A stretch of 36,941 nt of DNA from the IMG/VR virus record IMGVR_UViG_3300025000_000046, positions 1 to 36,941 of that record; one strand, 5' to 3'. Positions 8,226 to 16,523 of this stretch are shown one piece after another (the first letter of the stretch is position 1; each line of letters starts with the position of its first letter). The notes below the pieces were generated by a model that was given only the letters and a program-made list of their open reading frames with translations, did not search any database and was not told where the DNA came from. The DNA comes from a virus. Taxonomy: Duplodnaviria > Caudoviricetes. The translations under genes were made by a program, and so were the position numbers.

Positions 8226-9002
8226 ATGAACAACGAAATTGTAAACGACGGCTTTGAAGAAATCGCAGCATCGGAAACTCAAAAAACGGTTTTCCGTAAA
8301 TTCGGCCAATGCTTTATCGAAACTTACCCGGCGGTGTGGTTCAAGGGTAGCCAGCCGGAGCGCTTTGATGAGCAAATCCACAAACTGGCTGACCGGAAAA
8401 TGATGATTGAAATTCGTGTTGTGCCGATCGATGAGATGAATTTTCAATCTCATTCAGACTTTCCCGATTTTCGCAGCATTGCCACGAGCAAAGAATGGAA
8501 TGAAGTAACTCGCGCGTCAATTTTGGGTCATTATGCCGTTGATCCTACTGACATCAAAGCAACGGCGCAAATTCTCCGCTCTCTGAATGGCGGTTTTGTC
8601 GAAACCGTTCAGGTTCCGAATGGCAAGTTTTACACCAAAAAAACAACCGGGGAGAAGAAAGAGCTTTCTGATTTTCTGTTCGTGAGCATTTTTGAAAGTC
8701 AGGATGCTTGCGTGTCGGCCTGCTTGAGCGAGAAAGCAGGTGAGCCGGTAAGCGCTCTGAGTGATGCCGACTTCCCGGCGATCCCCGCGCAGGCTGCCCC
8801 GTCCCCGGTGGCCGCGCCTAATAACGACATCCTTTTGAAATTTGCGCAGGCGATTGTTACCGCCGCCGCGAAGGATGACAAGGACCCGGTAAGCGTGACC
8901 GCGAAAGTTGACGCGCAACTGTCCGTCTCCCCGCTGATGAAGGGTAAATACAGCGCTGAAAGCCCCGAAGTGCTGGAAATGATTATGACGGCCTGCCAGT
9001 AG
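8226..9002 (+). CDS. Hypothetical protein (possibly ssDNA-binding, by position)
   Basis: Long ORF with RBS; lies in the recombination module; family not recognised. Confidence 0.7.
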   Translation: MNNEIVNDGFEEIAASETQKTVFRKFGQCFIETYPAVWFKGSQPERFDEQIHKLADRKMMIEIRVVPIDEMNFQSHSDFPDFRSIATSKEWNEVTRASILGHYAVDPTDIKATAQILRSLNGGFVETVQVPNGKFYTKKTTGEKKELSDFLFVSIFESQDACVSACLSEKAGEPVSALSDADFPAIPAQAAPSPVAAPNNDILLKFAQAIVTAAAKDDKDPVSVTAKVDAQLSVSPLMKGKYSAESPEVLEMIMTACQ

Positions 9003-9061
9003 GCAACCCTGCAACCAAAGCCCGCTCAGAAATGGGCGGGTATTTTTATCAGGAGGAAACG

Positions 9062-9238
9062 ATGAATATTTTCTGTAAAATCAGATGGTGGCTTTATCAA
9101 AACGAACCAATGATTTGCGCCAAATGTGGGAAAATCGTCAGGCGCAAAAATATCTGGCAAACGCTCCTCACTACCGGCGCTTTTGTGCTTCTCTGCAAAA
9201 AATGTCTTGACGAGGTTTACACCCCATGGCAAAACTGA
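9062..9238 (+). CDS. Small CxxC...CxxC zinc-binding protein
   Basis: AGGAGG RBS; CAKC and CKKC motifs. Confidence 0.6.
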   Translation: MNIFCKIRWWLYQNEPMICAKCGKIVRRKNIWQTLLTTGAFVLLCKKCLDEVYTPWQN

Positions 9239-9963
9239 CCTTCATCCAAATTGACAGCCGGGAGGATACCTGGCTAAAAAACTGGCAAGCCCGCCCACCC
9301 GAACCGCTGAAAGATGTGCCGATTATCGTGGAGCAACTCGAAACCGGGGACGCTCATTTGTGGCTGGATAATGGCACGGTGCTAAACGTGGAGAGAAAGA
9401 CTCCATCCGATTTTTTGAACAGCATTCCGACAGATCATATTTTTGACCAGTGCGCCCGGATGATGGTACAGCGCCGGGAGTTCAGCTGGCTGCCATATCT
9501 GATCATTACCGGCGAACTTTCGCGCAACCCCCGGACGGGTAACACGATAATCGCCGGTAGCCAACACGGGGAGGGCTGGAACTGGAACGCGGTGCAGGGC
9601 GCGCTGCTCAGTCTCCAAGAGAGCGGCTTACCGGTTGTCTTTTGCCACTCGGACGTGGATTATGCCGATGCGCTTTTGAGACTGGCAAACCGTAACCACA
9701 CTCTTATGACAATCAACCCGCAAAAAGAGATCATGGCCCTTTCAGCTGATGAGCGCGTTCTGTGCGCTTTTGACGGGATTGGCGCACTACTGGCCGCTGA
9801 TATTTTGGCCGCTGTTCCGTCGCCCGCCTGGGCCTTGGATGTGCTGACGGATGTTTCGCCCACCGCGCCGAAAATAGCCGGGATTGGGGAGGGGCGCAAG
9901 AAGGCGATCCGCCGCGCCCTGGGGTTAGAAGATGGAAACAAACTCTCCGTGACCGCCGTCTAA
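9226..9963 (+). CDS. ERCC4 (XPF/Mus81-like) nuclease, probable resolvase
   Basis: IDSRE, LETGD, VERKTPSDFLNSI...FDQ motifs; C-terminal HhH-like GIG motifs. Confidence 0.85.
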   Translation: MAKLTFIQIDSREDTWLKNWQARPPEPLKDVPIIVEQLETGDAHLWLDNGTVLNVERKTPSDFLNSIPTDHIFDQCARMMVQRREFSWLPYLIITGELSRNPRTGNTIIAGSQHGEGWNWNAVQGALLSLQESGLPVVFCHSDVDYADALLRLANRNHTLMTINPQKEIMALSADERVLCAFDGIGALLAADILAAVPSPAWALDVLTDVSPTAPKIAGIGEGRKKAIRRALGLEDGNKLSVTAV

Positions 9964-9972
9964 TTTTGCCTA

Positions 9973-10001
9973 TTGACAATTAGTTAGTTATCGCATAAAA
10001 T
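9973..10001 (+). promoter_or_regulatory. Sigma70-like promoter with TAGTTAGTTA box
   Basis: TTGACA-17-TAAAAT; same TTGCCTATTGACA context as the 7146 promoter. Confidence 0.75.
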
Positions 10002-10024
10002 ATAACTATTCTGGAGCACATTAG

Positions 10025-10180
10025 ATGACAACAAACGCCCCCTTTGAAGATATTCTTTCCGGCAAACGAGCATCGATTTTGATACCGATGAGCACTACCG
10101 GCTTACCGGCGAATGAAAACACAAAAGAAAATCGCGGTGAACCGATCCCGCCCCGAACTAATCAGAATGGAGAAAACTAA
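10025..10180 (+). CDS. Hypothetical protein (51 aa)
   Basis: GGAG RBS after the promoter; hand translation MTTNAPFEDILSGK... Confidence 0.4.
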   Translation: MTTNAPFEDILSGKRASILIPMSTTGLPANENTKENRGEPIPPRTNQNGEN

Positions 10181-10182
10181 CA

Positions 10183-10938
10183 ATGGAAGATAAACAGACT
10201 TACGAGTTAGCAACAACCGCCCCGCAGGAGCGTCCGATTACCCCGGCGATCTGGAACATGATTTCGAAAGAAGTCGCCCCGGTTCTTGGCCGCGCCCACA
10301 TGATGAGCGCCGATAAAATGAGCAGCGTCCTGCTCAAAGGTTACGAGCTAGGCTTGAGTATGACCGCCAGCATCGAATTGGTGCAAAACGTGCAAGGCAA
10401 AACCTCCCTGGCCCCACGCGGCGCGCTGGCCCTGGTGCAAAACTCCCCGCTGATAAAAGATGTCAAAATCAACCGCCTGGATGACAAGGGTAAGTTTATC
10501 GGCTACGAGTGCAAAATCGAGCGCATGAACGGATTTGCTTATACTGCTCGTTGGACGATGGAACAGGCGCGCGCGGCTGGGTTAGTCAAGGCCGATAGCG
10601 GCTGGGAAAAATACCCCGAAAATATGTGCATGTGGCGCGCCGTCGGTTTTGCCTGTGACGTGGCCGCGTCTGATATTACCTGCGGCCTGACCGCTTTTCT
10701 CAAAATGCCCGAGCAGTACAACATCGGCATTGACGACGGCGGTAATATTGTGGACGCGGTTGTTACGCCCGCCGCCCCCCGGCCTGACCCGGTTGTGACC
10801 GAAGTCGAACGGCTGTGCAACGTCTACGGAGCCGAGGCGGTTTTACTGGCTAACAATGGGCAAATTCCGGCGAGCCTGGAAGAGTGCCTTGCGGCTGAAA
10901 AATCGCTACTGGAAACCGCCGAAGATGTGACGGATTAG
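10183..10938 (+). CDS. RecT/Red-beta-like single-strand annealing protein
   Basis: KGYELGL, VQGK, WTMEQARAAGL...WEKYPENMCMWRAVGF pattern. Confidence 0.7.
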   Translation: MEDKQTYELATTAPQERPITPAIWNMISKEVAPVLGRAHMMSADKMSSVLLKGYELGLSMTASIELVQNVQGKTSLAPRGALALVQNSPLIKDVKINRLDDKGKFIGYECKIERMNGFAYTARWTMEQARAAGLVKADSGWEKYPENMCMWRAVGFACDVAASDITCGLTAFLKMPEQYNIGIDDGGNIVDAVVTPAAPRPDPVVTEVERLCNVYGAEAVLLANNGQIPASLEECLAAEKSLLETAEDVTD

Positions 10939-10945
10939 CACAATC

Positions 10946-10983
10946 AAAAGAGCCGGCAGGATGCTTTCTTTCCGGCTCTTTTT
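10946..10983. terminator. Terminator-like inverted pair of AAAAGAGCCGG
   Basis: 10946-10956/10972-10982, with A- and T-tracts, just after the RecT-like stop. Confidence 0.7.
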
Positions 10984-10996
10984 CAGGAGATGAGAC

Positions 10997-11302
10997 ATGG
11001 CAGACATAAAATGCAGTTGCGGACATGATGCAAGCGATCATATCGAAGATTATGGATGCAAGGGCGGGATTGATGATTATTGCGATTGCCCGATGGATGC
11101 AAAACAGATTTACGAACAGCGTATCTACTCGCTCGAAACCGATGTAATCCACGCCCGGCGGGTGGCTGATGAGCGGCAGGAAGTTATCAAAGAAATCACG
11201 GGCTATCTTCGAGAGGCTCTCGATAATGTTTATCGATACGACTTGGTAACTCAGTATCATAAAATCAAGGTCAATTTGATGAAGGTGTCCGATGGCAAAT
11301 AA
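10997..11302 (+). CDS. Hypothetical protein with Cys/His-rich N-terminus and coiled coil
   Basis: AGGAG RBS; CSCGH...H...C...CDC. Confidence 0.7.
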   Translation: MADIKCSCGHDASDHIEDYGCKGGIDDYCDCPMDAKQIYEQRIYSLETDVIHARRVADERQEVIKEITGYLREALDNVYRYDLVTQYHKIKVNLMKVSDGK

Positions 11303-12095
11303 CATCACTGTTACCCCGGAAAACGGCGCTTACCGGGTAGAATTTCCCTATAATCCGCGCATGGTTGAAGCAATCAAATCAACAATCCCCTCCACTGGTC
11401 GCAGTTGGGACGGGACGCGCAAGTGCTGGATGGTCGCTGCTCAATACCGCCGGGAAGGTGAACGCGCTCTTGGGATGACCTTCCCCGACATGGCCGCCTC
11501 GAAGCCGGTCATTGAAACCCGCCTGCTGGAAGTCCATTACATCGGGCAATGTAAAGAGCGCGCCCCCGGTGACATCTCCGCAATGGGTATGGACGCCAAA
11601 GGTAATTGGGCGGTAGTTTTCCCGATGAACACCCTTACCGGCTGGTTTGATGGTGGTTATCACACTCAGACCAACCAATTGACACTCTACAGCGTTTTGG
11701 GCGCGTCTCAGTCGGCAACGGATGACGAAATCAAAACAGCCTACCGGCGAATGGTCAAACAGTGGCACCCGGACGTGTGCCACGAAACAAACGCACATGA
11801 GATGTTTTTACGGATCCGTAAAGCCTATGACATGCTGAGTAATCCGCGCAATCGTGACCGGTATGATGCTGGTCTAAAGTTGGTTGCCAGCCTGGAAAAA
11901 AAGCCCGTAAGAGCGACTGATATTTATCGCTCTCCGTTGCGCTGTGGTTTTATTATGGCTGAAGGCGCGCAGGTGCTGGGGCGTTTTGTTGTCTTTCGCG
12001 TTTTGGCATGGGAGGACATTGTCAATCAAAGCGGGCAGACGTTGGTCGTATCCTGGCCCCTGGGAGCGGATGAACCGCAGAAGGTTTGGGCATGA
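11292..12095 (+). CDS. J-domain (DnaJ-like) protein with HARP-like N-terminal domain
   Basis: LYSVLG...EIKTAYRRMVKQWHPD...FLRIRKAYDMLSNPRNRDRYD; N-terminal FPYN...AIK...RSWD..RKCW. Confidence 0.85.
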   Translation: MANNITVTPENGAYRVEFPYNPRMVEAIKSTIPSTGRSWDGTRKCWMVAAQYRREGERALGMTFPDMAASKPVIETRLLEVHYIGQCKERAPGDISAMGMDAKGNWAVVFPMNTLTGWFDGGYHTQTNQLTLYSVLGASQSATDDEIKTAYRRMVKQWHPDVCHETNAHEMFLRIRKAYDMLSNPRNRDRYDAGLKLVASLEKKPVRATDIYRSPLRCGFIMAEGAQVLGRFVVFRVLAWEDIVNQSGQTLVVSWPLGADEPQKVWA

Positions 12096-12250
12096 TGAAA
12101 ATAAAAATAGCTATTTTGTCAATCATATCAAGCGGTTGGGTTTACTATATTACCAACCGACTTATTTACCATGAAGAGTTTTTATCCGCTTACGGCGTAT
12201 TTGTTTTGGCGGCAGCGCTTATGCTCCTGATACACGAAATAGAAAAATAG
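12092..12250 (+). CDS. Small membrane protein (52 aa)
   Basis: ATGA overlap with the upstream stop; two hydrophobic segments. Confidence 0.5.
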   Translation: MMKIKIAILSIISSGWVYYITNRLIYHEEFLSAYGVFVLAAALMLLIHEIEK

Positions 12251-12257
12251 TACCAAT

Positions 12258-12810
12258 GGGGGATATGCTTTCTCCTCGGCTTTTGATAAACTCTCTTTGT
12301 GGTCACTACCCGACGAGATAGGGATGTTTCCACAACCCCGCGCCGGTCATGGGAAAGTGTGACACACGTGAAACGTAGCCGGATACTGAGCGGCGCGGGG
12401 AACCTTTACAACTTGGGGTAGACACCTAACTGGCTTAGGTTCTGGCGATCAGTATTCTAGACAATGCGGGTCGCACGGCGGCAACGATACGGAGTGATTA
12501 CCGAAAAATAGCCGATAGACGAGACGACGTCTTATGTGAGTTCAAATCTCACCTACTCCACAAGCCATTGCGGCTTAATTGCCCCCACTCAACGGAAAGA
12601 AAACCGAAGGGTTGGGAGGTGAGTGACAGCCGGGAAAGTACCGGCCAAACCCCGCGCCAAGCCGGAGATAATACTTGGTAACGCGCACGGTAGCGAGCCA
12701 AGAGCGCGGGGGCATCAATCAATAAAACCCACGTTACGGTGTAGTGACTATCTCGGATAGTCTAGCGGTATGGCGCGAACGGCGATGCTCATCCACCATA
12801 CGGGATGAGC
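12258..12810 (+). ncRNA. Array of structured RNA elements
   Basis: About ten consecutive GC-rich stems with short A/C-rich linkers; no convincing ORF. Confidence 0.6.
12415..12560 (+). ncRNA. tRNA-like RNA with oversized middle region
   Basis: Acceptor GGGGTAG/CTACTCC+A, D-arm ACCT-AACTGGCTT-AGGT, T-arm GTGAG-TTCAAAT-CTCAC; 95 nt between D and T arms; no clear anticodon. Confidence 0.75.
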
Positions 12811-12828
12811 GCGGAAGGGAATGGACAC

Positions 12829-13059
12829 ATGAGCGAATCAAGAATTATCGAAGGCGTAGTTGTTGGCGAGAGCGCCCAAAGCCTGGGCGAATCCATTCGC
12901 GTCTTCTTTGGCGAGATAATGGCGCAACGTCCCGCGCATCGCTGGTCAACAGAAATGGCCGTACGGAACGTAACCGGTGGGGGCTGCAAGTCCGATTGGA
13001 AACCCGAATGCGATAATCAGGGATCTGTCCCGTTGTGGGACGGATATAACGGTGGATGA
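12829..13059 (+). CDS. Hypothetical protein
   Basis: 76-aa ORF abutting the next gene; weak RBS. Confidence 0.35.
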   Translation: MSESRIIEGVVVGESAQSLGESIRVFFGEIMAQRPAHRWSTEMAVRNVTGGGCKSDWKPECDNQGSVPLWDGYNGG

Positions 13060-13060
13060 T

Positions 13061-13198
13061 ATGCTAATAATAATTGTTGGTTTGATTGTCGCCGCAATTC
13101 TAGCGAGCGTATACTGGCTCGCCTGCATGTTTCTTGGTTGGCTGGCGGATGCCGAGAAGCGCGAGCAGCAGATTTTCGAGGATGAACTCGATGGATAG
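13061..13198 (+). CDS. Small single-pass membrane protein
   Basis: MLIIIVGLIVAAILASVYWLACMFLGW hydrophobic N-terminus. Confidence 0.55.
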   Translation: MLIIIVGLIVAAILASVYWLACMFLGWLADAEKREQQIFEDELDG

Positions 13199-13544
13199 CG
13201 CGTGGGTTATTATTTCGATTGTCGCCGCCATCGTGGGCGCGTGTCTGCTGATTTACGCGGGCATGTGTGCGCTCAGTCAGGCAACCGTTGTTGATGATAT
13301 CTATGCCGTGCCGGTTGCGCTGGATACGGTCAAGCCGGAAGAACAAACGTTTGTTGACTTTTGGCGGGCTGGCCCAACCAGGTTGACCCGAATCGAAGAG
13401 CCGCTAATTGAAATGAGCAATTATGAACCGGCCACGATTGACGACAGCACGGTTGGAGTTTTTGACTGGTTGAAAGTAAACTACAGCCCAAAGCCGGTAG
13501 ACACTGCGGGCATCCAGCCCGCGCCGAGGAAAAACAGCCAATGA
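13191..13544 (+). CDS. Membrane-anchored hypothetical protein
   Basis: N-terminal hydrophobic helix; overlaps both neighbours. Confidence 0.6.
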   Translation: MDSAWVIISIVAAIVGACLLIYAGMCALSQATVVDDIYAVPVALDTVKPEEQTFVDFWRAGPTRLTRIEEPLIEMSNYEPATIDDSTVGVFDWLKVNYSPKPVDTAGIQPAPRKNSQ

Positions 13545-14536
13545 AAATAAAGGTTATCGCGACGCTTGGGTTTATTCTGCTAACCGGCTCCTGCCTGTTT
13601 TTGCTGGCTGCCTGCACGCCGAAAACCGCCCGCGCTGAAGCCGAAGCCTCTCCGCTGGCATCCTCCACGTTGATAGAAGTCGAGCCGACAAAAACACAGG
13701 CATTGCCGACTGTCACCCCAACCCTAAACTCCCCGGCCACAGTCGCGGCAATGAACATGACCACTGCCGCCGACAATGTCAAAAGCGCCGGGATTGAGGC
13801 TGCGGCTCTGGTCGATGCTGCCCGGATAAGCGCCAATGCAATCTCAACCCAAACCGCCGGGGATTTGCTGATGCTCGAAAAATCTGAGACGGGCCTGACT
13901 AATCGAGAGCTGATAAAACTGACCGCGCAGGCGGTAGAGTTGGCGATAAAACAGGCTGACGCGCAAATAGCCGAAGCTGAAAATGAAGCCGAAAGGCTGC
14001 GCCAGGATGGACAGACGTCTTTGGTCAAGCAGATTATGGGCTGGCTTACGGCCTTTCTGGCGTGCGTGTTTATCGGCGTGTTCTCCTGGCGCTTTTTGAA
14101 TAGCCGGCAGACTGTCGATTACCGCGAGAGCGGGGACAGCATCGAAGCCGACGAAGTCGACGCGCAACCCTGGCCAGACTTCGCCGCTGGGGTAAAGACG
14201 GGTTTGTTTGCGAATATTGTGACCCGCGAAGAACTGCGCAAGATTGGTGGCGCCGTACTAAGTGGCCGCCCGTTCAGCCATACGCAAATTGTCAGAACCT
14301 TAGGCGTAATGTCCGAAGATGACTTTACGGCCCTGCAAGATAAATTCATCGTTTATGGCTTGGCAACATGGCGCAATGCAGAACATCACAAGCAGGGGTG
14401 TATCATTACTCCAAAAGGCAATCAGTTTTTTTTTGATATTGGTTGTCAAACCACTCCCCCACTGACATCGCAAGCCCCTGTTGCGCCAGAATTAGGGGAC
14501 AAAGATGCGATACGAAACGATTTCACCCCTCTCTAG
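13541..14536 (+). CDS. Putative lipoprotein with P/T-rich linker, coiled coil, second TM helix and cytoplasmic domain
   Basis: LLAAC lipobox-like signal, PTVTPT, Ala-rich heptads, WLTAFLACVFIGVFSW. Confidence 0.75.
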   Translation: MKIKVIATLGFILLTGSCLFLLAACTPKTARAEAEASPLASSTLIEVEPTKTQALPTVTPTLNSPATVAAMNMTTAADNVKSAGIEAAALVDAARISANAISTQTAGDLLMLEKSETGLTNRELIKLTAQAVELAIKQADAQIAEAENEAERLRQDGQTSLVKQIMGWLTAFLACVFIGVFSWRFLNSRQTVDYRESGDSIEADEVDAQPWPDFAAGVKTGLFANIVTREELRKIGGAVLSGRPFSHTQIVRTLGVMSEDDFTALQDKFIVYGLATWRNAEHHKQGCIITPKGNQFFFDIGCQTTPPLTSQAPVAPELGDKDAIRNDFTPL

Positions 14537-14572
14537 TAGGGGAGGGGACTACTCAAAAAGGAGAATAAGGCA

Positions 14573-14860
14573 ATGTTGAGATTTGTAATAAATACAATAG
14601 CATTTATGTTAGTTGGCGTTGCCGTTGGGACGCTTGACGTTGGCCCCGAAAACTGGCAAGCCTGGGTGATAGTTTTCGCAATGGCAATAGTACTTTTGCC
14701 AGATAAAAAAAATGCATTTCCATCCCGAGACAAAATCAAAGATTTGATTGAAGATGAAATATTTATTGACTATGACGGAAACATAAAAAATACCTACGAT
14801 GTTGTAGATAAAGTTATTTCTGCAATCTCGACAGAAAAACAGGGGGGATTTAAAGGATGA
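14573..14860 (+). CDS. Two-TM membrane protein
   Basis: AAGGAG/AAGG leader; two hydrophobic segments. Confidence 0.65.
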   Translation: MLRFVINTIAFMLVGVAVGTLDVGPENWQAWVIVFAMAIVLLPDKKNAFPSRDKIKDLIEDEIFIDYDGNIKNTYDVVDKVISAISTEKQGGFKG

Positions 14861-15486
14861 ATATGCGCAAAACTCCCCTTTATATCGCGGGTATTTTCCT
14901 GCTCGTCCAGGTCAGCGGTTTGGCGGGCTACGCCATTTCGGCGGGCGGCATGGGCGATTTTCGCGGATGGCTTTTCGCCCTGGCCTTGGAATGTGGCGTA
15001 TTCGTGGCCGCGTATTGGACCCGGCAGAGTGTCACCCGTAAGGATGAAAAAATCGACCGCCGCGATCAAGGCGCGAGAATTTCAGCCCTGGCTGTACTGA
15101 TTGTTTTCCTAATTGCATCCGGTTTTCTGAATACTGCAAAAGCGATCCGGGACTTACCCGTTGATGCTGATGCGCTTGCCCGCATAAGCGCGTATGTGTT
15201 TGGCATCATCCCCTCGCTCTTTGCAACGGTGCTTGGCATCATGCAGGGCTTTGTCGACCGCTTGCCCGCGCCCCCGGTGCATCATGCAAAAGACAATCTG
15301 CAAATGCAAGTCTATGCACTTGCAGAGAATTTAGTAATGCTGGCGAATGCTCGCGTATCCGATGCAAATGCACCCGCAAAAAGTGCTAATGCTAAAAATG
15401 CACTTGCATCATGCAAAGTATGCAAAGCAAAGGTGCATAACATCGGCGCTCACATGCGGTGGGTGCATCCGAAGGAGAAAAAATGA
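14857..15486 (+). CDS. Four-TM protein (DUF2637/SpdA-like pattern) with C-terminal C2H2 zinc finger
   Basis: TM helices with W..ALALE, S..LN, GIIP signatures; CKVC...HMRWVH at the C-terminus; family call is by pattern only. Confidence 0.7.
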   Translation: MNMRKTPLYIAGIFLLVQVSGLAGYAISAGGMGDFRGWLFALALECGVFVAAYWTRQSVTRKDEKIDRRDQGARISALAVLIVFLIASGFLNTAKAIRDLPVDADALARISAYVFGIIPSLFATVLGIMQGFVDRLPAPPVHHAKDNLQMQVYALAENLVMLANARVSDANAPAKSANAKNALASCKVCKAKVHNIGAHMRWVHPKEKK

Positions 15487-15632
15487 AACAAGAAACGCTG
15501 ACAGATAAATTTCATAAGCACCTTGATCGGTGTAAGCAGTGTCGAGAAAACCCATTTAACTTGTGCGCAATCGGGAAAATAATATTATTGGCGACAACGT
15601 CTGCCAACAATATAAATCGCCCGAAACCATAA
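15483..15632 (+). CDS. Small His/Cys protein (49 aa)
   Basis: AAGGAG RBS; FHKHLDRCKQC...LCAIG. Confidence 0.6.
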   Translation: MKQETLTDKFHKHLDRCKQCRENPFNLCAIGKIILLATTSANNINRPKP

Positions 15633-15645
15633 GCGCAGATTGTGA

Positions 15646-15692
15646 AAAAGAGCCGGTAGCAGTTGACTACCGGCTCTTTTGCGTGTTACAAT
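15646..15692. terminator. Inverted pair of AAAAGAGCCGGTAG overlapping a candidate promoter
   Basis: 14-bp perfect stem 15646-15659/15667-15680; TTGACT(15663)-18-TACAAT(15687) with TG extension. Confidence 0.65.
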
Positions 15693-15730
15693 GATTTTAC
15701 GTTTTTGTCAATCCTACGAATGGAGATACT

Positions 15731-15934
15731 ATGCCAAGCACAACTATCAAATGGTTTGAATATTCGCACATCCCTGAGCACCTGCAAGAAGTTAGCAAGC
15801 CCGTTGGTGATCTTGCAAACGAGATGGAATTAGCCTTGCCCGATGGCCCCGAAAAGAGCGCAGGTATGCGAAAGCTACTCGAGGCCAAAGACTGCTTTGT
15901 TCGCGCTGCTCTCGAAAAGAAAGCTGAGAAATAA
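15731..15934 (+). CDS. Small helical-hairpin phage protein
   Basis: GGAG RBS; FEYSHIPEHLQEVSKP...GPEKSAGMRKLLEAKDCFVRA, a pattern I recall from phage proteins. Confidence 0.85.
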   Translation: MPSTTIKWFEYSHIPEHLQEVSKPVGDLANEMELALPDGPEKSAGMRKLLEAKDCFVRAALEKKAEK

Positions 15935-16260
15935 TGCAAATTGACCCTGAATTACTCGCCTTGCTTACCGGCATCTTTGGTGCCCTGATTGCCCTAGCCT
16001 GGAAGTGGCTGGAAACGAAATATGTCCTGCCGAAACTCTCAGACATCCTTGATGAGATCATCGCCATTGTCATCGCAGCCCGCGCAAATCACGACCTGGA
16101 AACGGACGCCGAGCGCTTAGACTGGGCTTTGAATTTGGTTGAGAAATATCTCAAAGCCAAAGGCGTGGACAAGTATTTTGACGCCCGCGCTGTGATTGAG
16201 TATGCCCTTGAGATCATCAAGTATCGCGTTTCAGCGCATTCCAGTATCATTAACTCTTAG
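15934..16260 (+). CDS. Holin-like membrane protein
   Basis: One N-terminal TM followed by an amphipathic helical domain, as in LL-H-type holins. Confidence 0.55.
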   Translation: MQIDPELLALLTGIFGALIALAWKWLETKYVLPKLSDILDEIIAIVIAARANHDLETDAERLDWALNLVEKYLKAKGVDKYFDARAVIEYALEIIKYRVSAHSSIINS

Positions 16261-16309
16261 CCAATAGCCCGCGCAAGCGGGCTTATCTCATTTCTCAAAA
16301 GGTCATAGC

Positions 16310-16519
16310 ATGGATTTACCATCATTAATACAACTCATAAATACTGGGGGCGTGTTAGCCCTTTTGATTTTCTTCGTATGGGCATTTTACGATGGACAAA
16401 TCATTTCCAAAAAGAGCCTGGATAAAATCCTTGAAGCCTACAAGGAGCAAACTGAAAGCATGTTTCAAAAGGCGATCAGTGACATCCTTACCGAAATCCG
16501 CAAAAATAAGAACTGGTAG
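16310..16519 (+). CDS. Small holin-like membrane protein
   Basis: GGVLALLIFFVWAF TM followed by a short coiled coil and basic tail. Confidence 0.55.
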   Translation: MDLPSLIQLINTGGVLALLIFFVWAFYDGQIISKKSLDKILEAYKEQTESMFQKAISDILTEIRKNKNW

Positions 16520-16523
16520 CACA

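Noticed and set aside
12336-12400. Hammerhead ribozyme
   Set aside because: GAAA and CTGA are present, but the CUGANGA core and required stem order are not
12451-12465. CUA amber-suppressor anticodon and stop-codon recoding
   Set aside because: TTCTAGA does not sit in a proper 5-bp stem with 7-nt loop, and TAG ends several well-supported genes normally
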